Assembly (NCBI GenBank): GCA_016285085.1
Contig: JAEEQA010000003.1
Span: 110 to 64,109 of the forward strand
Source of the DNA: Bacteroidales bacterium
Lineage (GTDB): Bacteria > Bacteroidota > Bacteroidia > Bacteroidales > WCHB1-69
Direction: 5' to 3'
Length of the DNA stretch: 64,000 bases
The notes beneath the pieces were generated by a model. The model saw only the letters and a list, made by a program, of their open reading frames with translations, had not been told where the DNA came from and searched no databases. The position numbers and the translations under genes were made by a program. Shown here in pieces: positions 8,985 through 18,366 of the stretch (positions within the stretch are counted from its first letter, which is position 1; every line of letters starts with the position of its first letter).

Positions 8985-10541
8985 CTATTTACGGGCTTTC
9001 ATTCGTTCGATGAACGGGTTGAAATAGTTCTCTCCCTTCATCGTGACACCTGCCAGCCCCTTGCCGCCGGTCATGCTGCGCTTGACATCGCCGAAAATAC
9101 CTTTTTCGAGGGCGGTGAAAAGGCCTTCCTTCACGATCTGCTCCAGCAGTTCGATGGCATTGTTGAGGACGGTCTTGGCACGTTCGCGGCAGATGCCTCC
9201 TTCGCGGAACTCCATCTCGTCGCTGATGTCACGCATGTTGTTGAAGATATAGCGGGCGTTTTCGATGGAGAGGTAGCGGTCGCTCATGAACGGGGTGTGG
9301 ATGGCTTCCGTCGGCATACCCAGCAGCTGGATTCCCTGATGGGTCCAGATACCGATGATGTTGAACAGGGCGTCCTGAATGTGACCGCGGAAAATATTGC
9401 CGGTCATGAACTTGGTGGGCGGCATGTACTTGAGCGTGGCTTTCGGGAAAATCTCGCGGGTCATCTGTGCCTGTGCGAGTTCCAAGAGAAAACCGTTCTC
9501 CAGCATCGGGTCCATCTCGAAGGCATGTCCGAGGCCCATCTGCTCCTCGGGCAGGCCGGCCAGCAGTGCCAGCTGCTCGTTGATGAGGTCGGAGGCGAGC
9601 ACGGTGTGAGCGGCCTCCACGGCATCGGCGGTGGTGAGGTAGTTGTCCTCGCCGGTGTTGATGATGACGCCGGCGAAACCGTTGATGACACGGGAAAAGT
9701 ACTGGTCGATGAGGGTACGCTGCGGGTTGATGTCGCGGAAGAGGATGCCGTAGAGTGCGTCGTTAAGCATCACATCCAGGCGTTCCAGAGCGCCCATGGC
9801 GGCGATTTCCGGCATACAAAGCCCTGAGCAGTAGTTACACAGGCGGATGTAGCGGCCTTGTTCTTCACCTACCTCGTCAAGGGCCTTGCGCATGATGCGG
9901 AAGTTCTCCTGCGTGGCGAAGGTGCCGCCGAACCCTTCGGTGGTGGCGCCGTAAGGCACGTAGTCGAGCAGGCTCTGTCCGGTGGTGCGGATGACGGCGA
10001 TGATGTCGGCTCCCTGGCGGGCACCGGCCTGCGCCTGCACTACATCCTCGTAGATGTTGCCGGTGGCCACGATGATATACAGATAGGGTTTCGGTCCCTC
10101 GCCGATGGTTTTCAGGTACTCATTGCGCTTGGCCACATTGCCCTTGATGCGTTCCATGCAGGCATCGATGTAGGGCTGCACGGCGTTGTGGATGGCCTCG
10201 GGCGTGTTGAGTTTGAGCTGGGTGATGTCGAGCGTGCCGGCGGCGATGGCCTCGGCAATCTCCTGCGGCTGCTTGCCCGTCTCAATGATGGCGTTGCCAA
10301 GATAGAAGAGGACACCCTCCTTCAAGACACCCTTCTCGTGCAGCAGATTCACCACCACGTTGGGCAGCGGCACGTCGTTGGCATCCACACCGTCGATGCC
10401 GATCAGGCGGCAAAGGGTGCGTTCCACGGTGACCGTGGTGTACTGGTTGACGAACTTCTGCACATCGTCAGCAATGTTCCCAGCTAACTCTTTTGCATAT
10501 TTAACCTTTTGAAAATCAAGACCTAATTTACTCTTTTCCAT
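8985..10541 (-). CDS. Lysine 5,6-aminomutase alpha subunit (KamD)-like protein
   Basis: 518 aa. The N-terminus ...TTVTVERTLCRLIGIDGVD...PLPNVVV and the overall length match KamD proteins as I remember them. No adjacent beta (B12-binding) subunit gene. Confidence 0.65.
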   Translation of the reverse strand: MEKSKLGLDFQKVKYAKELAGNIADDVQKFVNQYTTVTVERTLCRLIGIDGVDANDVPLPNVVVNLLHEKGVLKEGVLFYLGNAIIETGKQPQEIAEAIAAGTLDITQLKLNTPEAIHNAVQPYIDACMERIKGNVAKRNEYLKTIGEGPKPYLYIIVATGNIYEDVVQAQAGARQGADIIAVIRTTGQSLLDYVPYGATTEGFGGTFATQENFRIMRKALDEVGEEQGRYIRLCNYCSGLCMPEIAAMGALERLDVMLNDALYGILFRDINPQRTLIDQYFSRVINGFAGVIINTGEDNYLTTADAVEAAHTVLASDLINEQLALLAGLPEEQMGLGHAFEMDPMLENGFLLELAQAQMTREIFPKATLKYMPPTKFMTGNIFRGHIQDALFNIIGIWTHQGIQLLGMPTEAIHTPFMSDRYLSIENARYIFNNMRDISDEMEFREGGICRERAKTVLNNAIELLEQIVKEGLFTALEKGIFGDVKRSMTGGKGLAGVTMKGENYFNPFIERMKARK

Positions 10542-10591
10542 TCTGTTTGTTTATGGTTGTTGTTGTTCTGTTGTCTTAAAAAAAACGGGTG

Positions 10592-10599
10592 CAAAGATA
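10592..10599 (-). promoter_or_regulatory. -7 box TATCTTTG upstream of kamD-like gene
   Basis: 50 nt before ATG 10541. Confidence 0.5.
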
Positions 10600-10668
10600 C
10601 AATAAATTTATTGTATATAGCCACAAAATAATTGTAGAACCCCTCCTCATCACATCCCTTTTTAGTTG

Positions 10669-10676
10669 TATTTTTG
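10669..10676 (+). promoter_or_regulatory. -7 box TATTTTTG upstream of hydE-like gene
   Basis: 26 nt before ATG 10703. Confidence 0.5.
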
Positions 10677-10702
10677 CACTTTCAAAATTCATATCATCCA
10701 CT

Positions 10703-11791
10703 ATGCCCATTACCGATATTCTTGAAAAGAAATTCCTTGAACACAATGATATAAAAAACCTGCTTGCCGCCGAGGGTGAGGAATACGAGCAGCTGCTGCA
10801 AAAAGCATTAGCCGTGAAGCTGTCTGTTCTGGACAACAAAGTCCACCTGCGCGGACTGATCGAGCTGAGCAACATCTGCCGCAAGTCGTGCCTCTACTGC
10901 GGGGTACGCAGCGACAACCGCAAGGTGGAGCGGTACGCCCTCACCGACGACGAGGTGCTGGAGTGTGCGCGACTGGCGCATCAGCTGGGCTACGGTTCCG
11001 TGGCCATCCAGAGCGGCGAACGCAACGACCGCGAGTTCACCGACCGCATCACCCGCCTCGTCACCCAAATCAAACAGATTGACGGCGGCTCCCTCGGCAT
11101 CACCCTGTCGCTGGGCGAGCAGAGCGAGGAGGTGTATCGCCAATGGTTCGAGGCGGGCGCGCACCGCTACCTCCTCCGCATCGAGTCGTCGAACGAGGAA
11201 CTCTACTACAAAATCCACCCCCGCGACGAACGGCACGACTTTCACAAGCGGCTGGAGTGCATCGACACGCTGCTGCGCCTCGGCTACCAGACCGGCACGG
11301 GCGTGATGGTGGGACTTCCCTTCCAAACCCTCGACCACCTCGCCGACGACCTCCTCTTCTTCCGCAGCAAAGACGTGGCAATGGTGGGCATGGGACCGTT
11401 CATCCCCCACCCCGACACGCCGCTCTATCGGTACGCCGACCAGATTCCCTCGCCGGAGAAACGGATGCGCCTCACCCTCAAAATGATTGCCATCCTGCGG
11501 CTGATGATGCCGGAAATCAACATGGTGGCGGCCACCGCCAACGAGACCGTCGATCCGATGGGACGGGAAAAAGCCATCCAGGCCGGCGCCAACGTCATCA
11601 TGCCGAACCTTACCCCCAATGCGTACCGCGAAGACTACCTCATCTACCCCGACAAGGCGTGCGTGAACGACAAGCCGGAGCAGTGCCGCTCCTGCCTCGA
11701 CCTGCGGATGAAGGCCATCCACCACGAGGTACTTTACAACGCATGGGGCGACTCGGTGGCATTTACAAAGAAGAAAAGCAACCTCTCATAG
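10703..11791 (+). CDS. hydE: Radical SAM maturase, [FeFe]-hydrogenase HydE-like (BioB family)
   Basis: Start moved to ATG 10703 (MPITDILEKK...), downstream of a TATTTTTG box. CRKSCLYCGVRSDN CX3CX2C cluster motif. ~362 aa. Confidence 0.65.
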   Translation: MPITDILEKKFLEHNDIKNLLAAEGEEYEQLLQKALAVKLSVLDNKVHLRGLIELSNICRKSCLYCGVRSDNRKVERYALTDDEVLECARLAHQLGYGSVAIQSGERNDREFTDRITRLVTQIKQIDGGSLGITLSLGEQSEEVYRQWFEAGAHRYLLRIESSNEELYYKIHPRDERHDFHKRLECIDTLLRLGYQTGTGVMVGLPFQTLDHLADDLLFFRSKDVAMVGMGPFIPHPDTPLYRYADQIPSPEKRMRLTLKMIAILRLMMPEINMVAATANETVDPMGREKAIQAGANVIMPNLTPNAYREDYLIYPDKACVNDKPEQCRSCLDLRMKAIHHEVLYNAWGDSVAFTKKKSNLS

Positions 11792-11860
11792 ATACAAGTT
11801 GTTAATCCCAAACGGTTTAAAAAGTGGAGGGAAAACACTTGCTTTGCCGAAAGAGTTTCG

Positions 11861-11868
11861 TAAATTTG
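11861..11868 (+). promoter_or_regulatory. -7 box TAAATTTG upstream of dut
   Basis: 22 nt before ATG 11891. Confidence 0.5.
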
Positions 11869-11890
11869 CAACCCTTAACCGAACCGACTT

Positions 11891-12325
<435 letters not shown>

Positions 12326-12355
12326 AAAAACAACCATTGAAAAACAAACAACCAT

Positions 12356-12385
12356 TGTAGAGACGTTTCATGAAACGTCTCTACA
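12356..12385. repeat. REP-like hairpin, GAGACG family
   Basis: Perfect 30-nt palindrome TGTAGAGACGTTTCATGAAACGTCTCTACA. Confidence 0.9.
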
Positions 12386-12389
12386 GACA

Positions 12390-12414
12390 AGACGCGATGA
12401 ATCGCGTCTCTACA
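12390..12414. repeat. REP-like hairpin, GAGACG family (left arm shortened)
   Basis: AGACGCGAT-ga-ATCGCGTCT followed by CTACA. Confidence 0.75.
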
Positions 12415-12435
12415 TAACCAAAACCATCAACCTGA

Positions 12436-13791
12436 ATGAACAGAATCCATTTTATCGCCATTGGCGGCAGCGCCATGCACAACCTCGCCATCGCCCTTCA
12501 CCTGAAAGGGTATCAAATCACCGGCTCGGACGATGAGATTTTCAACCCTGCGAAGGGACGGCTGGAAAAATACGGGCTTCTGCCCGACAGTATCGGCTGG
12601 AATCCCGACAAAATCACGCCCGATTTGGATGCCGTCATCCTCGGCATGCACGCCCGCGAGGACAACCCCGAACTCCTTCGGGCGAAAGAACTGGGAATCA
12701 GAGTTTTCTCCTATCCTGAATTCCTGTACGAGCAAAGCAAGGACAAACTCCGCATCGTGGTGGGAGGCAGCCACGGCAAGACCACCATCACGGCGATGAT
12801 CCTGCACGTGCTCCAGCACTGCCACATCGACTGCGACTACATGGTGGGGGCACAACTGGACGGTTTCGAAGTGATGGTGAAGCTGTCGCACGAGGCCAAA
12901 ATCATGGTGATGGAGGGCGACGAGTACCTCACCTCCCCCATCGACCGCCGTTCCAAGTTCCATCTATACAAGCCCAACGTAGGTATTATCAGCGGAATAG
13001 CCTGGGACCACATCAACGTTTTCCCGACCTTCCCGCAATATGTGGATACGTTCCGCACCTTCGCCAAGATGATCGACCGCACCTTCATCTATTGCAACGA
13101 TGACGAGAATGTCCGGATGCTCGGCGAGGAAATCGAAGGCGTGAAAAAAGAGCCTTACACGGTGCATCCGTACGTCATCCGTGACGGGGTGACCCACCTG
13201 CTGACAGACGGCGGTGAAATTCCGATGCTGATTTTCGGACAGCACAACATGGCGAACCTCAACGCGGCGCGGTTAGCGTGCCGTGAGGTGGGGGTGAGCG
13301 ACGAACAGTTCTACGAGGCCATCCGCACCTTCAGGGGGGCTTCCAAGCGTTTGGAGCTGGTCAACCGCGATGAGAATACCGTGGTTTACAAGGATTTCGC
13401 CCATTCCCCGTCGAAACTGAAAGCGACCATCGGAGCGGTGCGGGAACAGTATCCCGGCTGGCACCTCGTGGCCTGCATGGAACTGCACACCTTCAGCAGT
13501 CTGTCGAAAGAGTTCTTGGTACAATACGCCCATGTGATGGATGCAGCAGACGAGGCGATGATTTTCTTCGACCACCACGCGGTGGCGCACAAGAAGCTGC
13601 CGCCCATCACGTCCGAAATGGTGTATGACGCTTTCGCACGCCGCGACCTGCACATTTTCAACGAAACCGAGCCGTTGCAGTCGGCACTGCTCGGCATCCG
13701 CAACCCGAAAACCGTCTTTTTGCTGATGAGCTCCGGCAACTTCGGCGGCATCATCTTTGAAGAACTGGCAGAAAAACTGCTGAAAAGGTAA
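12436..13791 (+). CDS. mpl: UDP-N-acetylmuramate:L-alanyl-gamma-D-glutamyl-meso-DAP ligase (Mur ligase family, Mpl-like)
   Basis: 451 aa. IAIGGSAMHNLA N-terminus and GSHGKTTITAMI P-loop. Overall similarity to E. coli Mpl from memory. Confidence 0.8.
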   Translation: MNRIHFIAIGGSAMHNLAIALHLKGYQITGSDDEIFNPAKGRLEKYGLLPDSIGWNPDKITPDLDAVILGMHAREDNPELLRAKELGIRVFSYPEFLYEQSKDKLRIVVGGSHGKTTITAMILHVLQHCHIDCDYMVGAQLDGFEVMVKLSHEAKIMVMEGDEYLTSPIDRRSKFHLYKPNVGIISGIAWDHINVFPTFPQYVDTFRTFAKMIDRTFIYCNDDENVRMLGEEIEGVKKEPYTVHPYVIRDGVTHLLTDGGEIPMLIFGQHNMANLNAARLACREVGVSDEQFYEAIRTFRGASKRLELVNRDENTVVYKDFAHSPSKLKATIGAVREQYPGWHLVACMELHTFSSLSKEFLVQYAHVMDAADEAMIFFDHHAVAHKKLPPITSEMVYDAFARRDLHIFNETEPLQSALLGIRNPKTVFLLMSSGNFGGIIFEELAEKLLKR

Positions 13792-13803
13792 ACGGAAAAG
13801 TCG

Positions 13804-13811
13804 TATCTTTG
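13804..13811 (+). promoter_or_regulatory. -7 box TATCTTTG upstream of class V aminotransferase gene
   Basis: 38 nt before ATG 13850. Confidence 0.5.
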
Positions 13812-13849
13812 CCGCCTCAATTTTTGAAATAAAACAAATTGGTAATACT

Positions 13850-15010
13850 ATGATTTATTTAGACAATTCAGCCACATCTTATCCGAAGCCGACCGAGGTT
13901 TACGACTTCATGGACCATTTTTACCGCACCCACGGGGTCAATCCCGGACGTTCGGGCTTCGACGCCGCCATCGAGACCGGCGAACTGGTTTCCGACACCC
14001 GCAAAATGCTCACCAAGCTGTTCAACGGCGGCGGTGACTTCAACCGTCTGACTTTCAGCTATAACGCCACCGATTCCCTGAACATCATCCTTCAGGGTCT
14101 GGCTTACGCCAACCCGGGAGCCCACGTCATCACCACCATGCTGGAGCACAACTCCGTGCTTCGTCCGCTGTACGTGATGGAACAGCGCGGCCTCATCACC
14201 GTGACCTACCTTCCGTTTGACGAACGCGGCTACGTGAACCCAGACGACTTCCGCAAGGCCATCCGCCCCAATACCAAATTTGCGGTCTGCACCCACTGCT
14301 CCAACGTCATCGGCACCATCCAGCCGCTGGCCGACCTCGGGCGCATCTGCCACGAGCACGGCATCATCTTCGTGGTGGACGGCAGTCAGGGCGCAGGTGC
14401 TGTTGACCTTGACATGCAAGCACAGAACATTGACGTTTACTGTTTTACCGGCCATAAATGCCTGATGGGACCCACCGGCATCGGCGGCTCCTATGTGCGC
14501 GAAGGCATCGAAATCGGGCAGACCCGCTTCGGCGGCACCGGCGTACGTTCCGCCGTTCCCGGCCATCTGGAAGAGTACCCCTACCGCCTCGAAGCCGGCA
14601 CCATCAACCTGCTCGGCATCGCCGGTCTGAACGCCGGTGTGAAGTGGATCACCAAAGAGGGCATAAAGAACATCCACAACCGCGAAATGGCGCTGTGGGA
14701 GAGACTGCGTGACGGCATCCGCGAGGTCAAAGGCGTGAAAATCTACTGCGCCACCTCCACCGAGAACCAGAACCCCGTCCTCTCGTTCAACATCAACGGT
14801 TGGGAAGCCGGCGACGTGGGCACCATGCTCGACGTGGACTACGACATCGCCTGCCGCACCGGTCTGCAGTGCGCCCCGAAGGTACACGTCGGCATCGGCA
14901 CCATCGACATCCACGGCACCGTCCGCCTCAGCATCGGCGCCTTCACCACCGAAGAGGATGTGAACACCGCCATCGAAGCCGTCCGCGACATCGCCGCAAT
15001 GAAAAACTAA
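13850..15010 (+). CDS. Class V aminotransferase-fold PLP enzyme (cysteine desulfurase/selenocysteine lyase-like)
   Basis: 386 aa. FTGHKCLMGPTGIGG PLP-lysine region. Confidence 0.8.
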   Translation: MIYLDNSATSYPKPTEVYDFMDHFYRTHGVNPGRSGFDAAIETGELVSDTRKMLTKLFNGGGDFNRLTFSYNATDSLNIILQGLAYANPGAHVITTMLEHNSVLRPLYVMEQRGLITVTYLPFDERGYVNPDDFRKAIRPNTKFAVCTHCSNVIGTIQPLADLGRICHEHGIIFVVDGSQGAGAVDLDMQAQNIDVYCFTGHKCLMGPTGIGGSYVREGIEIGQTRFGGTGVRSAVPGHLEEYPYRLEAGTINLLGIAGLNAGVKWITKEGIKNIHNREMALWERLRDGIREVKGVKIYCATSTENQNPVLSFNINGWEAGDVGTMLDVDYDIACRTGLQCAPKVHVGIGTIDIHGTVRLSIGAFTTEEDVNTAIEAVRDIAAMKN

Positions 15011-15081
15011 CTTCGACCATATACATTATTATAATGGGGAAATCGGAACCGACCATTTCCCCTTTTTTCATAAAAATAAAA

Positions 15082-16059
15082 ATGAAGAAAATCCTCCTTC
15101 CGTTTTTGGCTCTCCTGCTGACATTCTGCGGCTGCAAGAGCCACATTAACGACAAGACCAACTTCGACAGCATCGACGAGCACATGGAGTTCCGCAAGAT
15201 GGGCGACCTCGAAGTGGGCATCATCAGCATCCGGGGAACCAGCTTCGCGAAGATGGACTCAACCGAATCGCGGCAGTTCATGGATTCCGTCCTGCGCAAA
15301 GGCGTCAACTATATCGACCTGTGCGGCGCGGATACGACGGCGCTGAACAATGTCGCCCTCGCCCTGAAAGGTCGGCGCAACCAGATGATGATCCAAGGCC
15401 CGCTCGGCAACTGCTGGAAGGACAGCAAACACACCCGTCCCCGCAACGCAGCGGACTGCCAAGCCGACTTGGAGAAACTGCTCGCCCGCATCGGAACCGG
15501 CTACCTCAACGTGGGAATGCTTGAAAACATCAACAGCAAGGCAGAGTGGCAGAAACTCATGAAAAGTTCCTACATGAAGTATCTCGACCAACTGAAGGAG
15601 GAGGGAAAGATCAAGCGGCTCGGCCTCGTTTGCAGCAACGTGGATGCGGCCTACGCGGCTCTTCAGAGCGGAATAATCGAGGTGCTTCAGTTCCAGGTCA
15701 ACCCGAACAAAGACCTTATTCCGGCCGACTTCGACACGGAGGACTCCACCGCCGTCGCGGAACTCCTCGCCACCGCCGACACCATGCGGACCCGTCTGTA
15801 CGAGTATTGCAAGGAGTACAATATCGCCATCGTTATCGTAGAAAAAGAAAGTGGCAAAACCGACAAGTTCTCCCGCATGGAGCAGATGCATTTCGCACTG
15901 ACACGCCCGGGCGTGGTCAGCATCCTCTCAAACGCTTCTACCATGGAGGATTTTTCCCGCGACCTGCACTACCTCAGTGCCTCAGACGAAGAGAAGGATT
16001 TCACGCTCGAACTGATCCAGCCTGAACCCGACGAAGAAGAAATCACTTCCGACAACTAA
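15082..16059 (+). CDS. Lipoprotein with aldo/keto reductase-like (TIM barrel) body
   Basis: Start moved to ATG 15082 (MKKILLPFLALLLTFCGC lipobox). GVNYIDL and KIKRLGL regions resemble AKR family proteins. Tentative. Confidence 0.45.
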   Translation: MKKILLPFLALLLTFCGCKSHINDKTNFDSIDEHMEFRKMGDLEVGIISIRGTSFAKMDSTESRQFMDSVLRKGVNYIDLCGADTTALNNVALALKGRRNQMMIQGPLGNCWKDSKHTRPRNAADCQADLEKLLARIGTGYLNVGMLENINSKAEWQKLMKSSYMKYLDQLKEEGKIKRLGLVCSNVDAAYAALQSGIIEVLQFQVNPNKDLIPADFDTEDSTAVAELLATADTMRTRLYEYCKEYNIAIVIVEKESGKTDKFSRMEQMHFALTRPGVVSILSNASTMEDFSRDLHYLSASDEEKDFTLELIQPEPDEEEITSDN

Positions 16060-16071
16060 CCAAAAAACACC

Positions 16072-17313
16072 ATGAAAATCGAAATTATGTCCCCTGTGGG
16101 GTCTTACGAATCGTTGGCTGCCGCCATCCAGGCGGGTGCGGGCTCCGTCTATTTCGGCGTGGGCAAGATGAACATGCGGTCGCGTTCCGCCGCCAACTTC
16201 AACTTCGACGACCTGCGGAACATCACCGACATCTGCCGCCAGCACAACGTCAAGTCGTACCTCACGGTCAACACCATCGTCTATAACAATGAGTTGGACG
16301 AAGTTCGGCAGCTGCTCGACCTCGCCAAGGAGTGCCAAGTGTCGGCCATCATCGCCTCCGACTTCGCCGTGCTCAACTACTGCCGCCAAATCGGGCTGGA
16401 AATCCACATCTCCACCCAGTGCAACATCACCAACATCGAGGCGGTACGCTTCTTCTCGCAGTTCGCCGACGTGATGGTTCTCGGGCGCGAGGTGCCGCTG
16501 GTACAGATGGCGGAAATCACCCGTCAGATTCAAGAAGAAAACATTCGCGGGCCGAAAGGGGAACTGGTGCGCATCGAGGTGTTTGTCCACGGGGCGTTGT
16601 GCATGGCCGTTTCCGGCAAGTGCTACATCAGTCTCGACAACTACAACTACCCCGCCAATCGCGGGGCGTGCCTGCAACCTTGCCGCCGCGGCTACATCGT
16701 GAAGGACATGGAAACCGACCTTGAGCTGGCTGTTGAGAACAAATACATCATGTCACCGAAGGACCTGTGTACCATCGGTTTTCTGGACAAACTGCTGAAA
16801 GCCGGCGTCAGCATCCTCAAGATCGAGGGACGCGGACGGTCGGCGGAGTACGTCAAGGTGACGACCGAGTGCTACCATGAGGCGGTGGAGGCGGTGAACG
16901 ACGGCACCTTCACACTGGAGAAGGTGGAAGCGTGGACCGAAAGGCTGCGGAGCGTCTTCAACCGCGGCTTCTGGGACGGCTACTACCTCGGCCGCACGAT
17001 GGGCGAATGGTCGGAGCGGTACGGATCGCAGGCCACCACCGTGAGGACGCACATCGGCAAGGTGACGAACTTCTTCAGCAAGCTGAGCGTGGCCGAGATC
17101 ACCATCTTGTCCGACGAGATCGCCGTCGGCGACACGCTGGTCATCGAGGGACCGACCACGGGCGTTTACGAAACCACGGTGACGGAACTGCGCCTCGAGG
17201 TCGATCCAGTGCCGCGGGCGGTGAAGGGGCAGGTATGCTCCATCGCCACCGACGTGGTCGTCAAAAGGGGCGACAAAGTGTATAAGAAGAGACTTGTCGA
17301 AGAGGAATTCTAA
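16072..17313 (+). CDS. Peptidase U32 family protein
   Basis: 413 aa. U32 signature region IEVFVHGALCMAVSGKC. Confidence 0.85.
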   Translation: MKIEIMSPVGSYESLAAAIQAGAGSVYFGVGKMNMRSRSAANFNFDDLRNITDICRQHNVKSYLTVNTIVYNNELDEVRQLLDLAKECQVSAIIASDFAVLNYCRQIGLEIHISTQCNITNIEAVRFFSQFADVMVLGREVPLVQMAEITRQIQEENIRGPKGELVRIEVFVHGALCMAVSGKCYISLDNYNYPANRGACLQPCRRGYIVKDMETDLELAVENKYIMSPKDLCTIGFLDKLLKAGVSILKIEGRGRSAEYVKVTTECYHEAVEAVNDGTFTLEKVEAWTERLRSVFNRGFWDGYYLGRTMGEWSERYGSQATTVRTHIGKVTNFFSKLSVAEITILSDEIAVGDTLVIEGPTTGVYETTVTELRLEVDPVPRAVKGQVCSIATDVVVKRGDKVYKKRLVEEEF

Positions 17314-17339
17314 GACATAGTACCTAAGCAACTTTTTTG

Positions 17340-17347
17340 TACCTTTG
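17340..17347 (+). promoter_or_regulatory. -7 box TACCTTTG upstream of yicC
   Basis: 33 nt before ATG 17381. Confidence 0.55.
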
Positions 17348-17380
17348 CAACCTTGATTTTTGTAGGATAAAAAATACGTT

Positions 17381-18253
17381 ATGATTAAATCAATGACGGG
17401 CTTCGGGAAGGTGGATTTCAATTCCCATGCCAAGAATATTGTGGTGGAAATCAGATCATTGAACAGCAAACAGCTGGATTTGAATGCCCGCATCGCACCA
17501 CTTTTCCGTGACAAAGAGAACGAAATCCGCAGTCTCCTCGCCCAACGCATCGAGCGCGGCAAAGTCGATTTTTCCATCTATGTGGAACGGAACGAGGCGC
17601 CCTCCATCAGCATCAACAAGGAGCTGGCTGCCGCCTACTTTCAGGAGCTGAACATCCTCTCGAAGGAGCTGGACAACCCCGTGGAAAGCGACATCTTCAC
17701 GCAGATCCTGCGGCTGCCCGACGTGGTCACCACGCCCCGCGAAGAACTTCCCGACGACCTGTGGGAAGCCGCACTGAACGCCATTTCGGAAGCGTGCAAC
17801 AAGCTCGACCAGTTCCGCATCAGCGAAGGCGTTGCCCTCGCCGCCGACTTCGAAAAACGGGTCCGCCTCATTGACTCCCTCATTGACGAAATCACACCGT
17901 TTGAGAAACAACGCATTGTCACTCAACGGGAAAAGTTCGAAAAGGGCTTGGAAGACCTGCGCCAGAAAGGGCAGTACGATCCCAACCGCCTCGAACAGGA
18001 GATGATTTTCTATATCGAAAAACTGGACATCACCGAAGAGAAAGTCCGCCTGCGCAAGCATTGCAACTATTTCCTCGAAACGATGAGGGAACCAGAGTCG
18101 AAAGGCAAGAAACTCGGATTCATCGTGCAGGAGATGGGCCGCGAAGTCAACACCACCGGCTCCAAAGCGTGCGACTTCAACATCCAGCAGATTGTCGTCA
18201 AAATGAAAGACGAGGTTGAAAAACTGAAAGAACAGCTGGCCAACGTTTTGTAA
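17381..18253 (+). CDS. yicC: YicC/YloC family protein
   Basis: 290 aa. YicC N-terminal and DUF1732-like C-terminal pattern (QEMGREVNTTGSKA). Confidence 0.85.
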   Translation: MIKSMTGFGKVDFNSHAKNIVVEIRSLNSKQLDLNARIAPLFRDKENEIRSLLAQRIERGKVDFSIYVERNEAPSISINKELAAAYFQELNILSKELDNPVESDIFTQILRLPDVVTTPREELPDDLWEAALNAISEACNKLDQFRISEGVALAADFEKRVRLIDSLIDEITPFEKQRIVTQREKFEKGLEDLRQKGQYDPNRLEQEMIFYIEKLDITEEKVRLRKHCNYFLETMREPESKGKKLGFIVQEMGREVNTTGSKACDFNIQQIVVKMKDEVEKLKEQLANVL

Positions 18254-18281
18254 ATCAGAAAGACGCACAATACCATAATAT

Positions 18282-18307
18282 GAGATGCGATGAATCGCGT
18301 CTCTACA
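18282..18307. repeat. REP-like hairpin, GAGACG family (degenerate)
   Basis: GAGATGCGAT-ga-ATCGCGTCTC followed by TACA. Lies downstream of yicC. Confidence 0.7.
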
Positions 18308-18310
18308 TTG

Positions 18311-18366
18311 CCAAACCCCTAATCACTAACCCCTAACCCCTATACCCTAAAACCTATACCCTAAAA
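18311..18366 (+). repeat. C-rich heptad leader (CCCCTAA-like) directly upstream of der ATG
   Basis: ccaaacccctaatcactaacccctaacccctataccctaaaacctataccctaaaa, then ATG. Confidence 0.9.
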
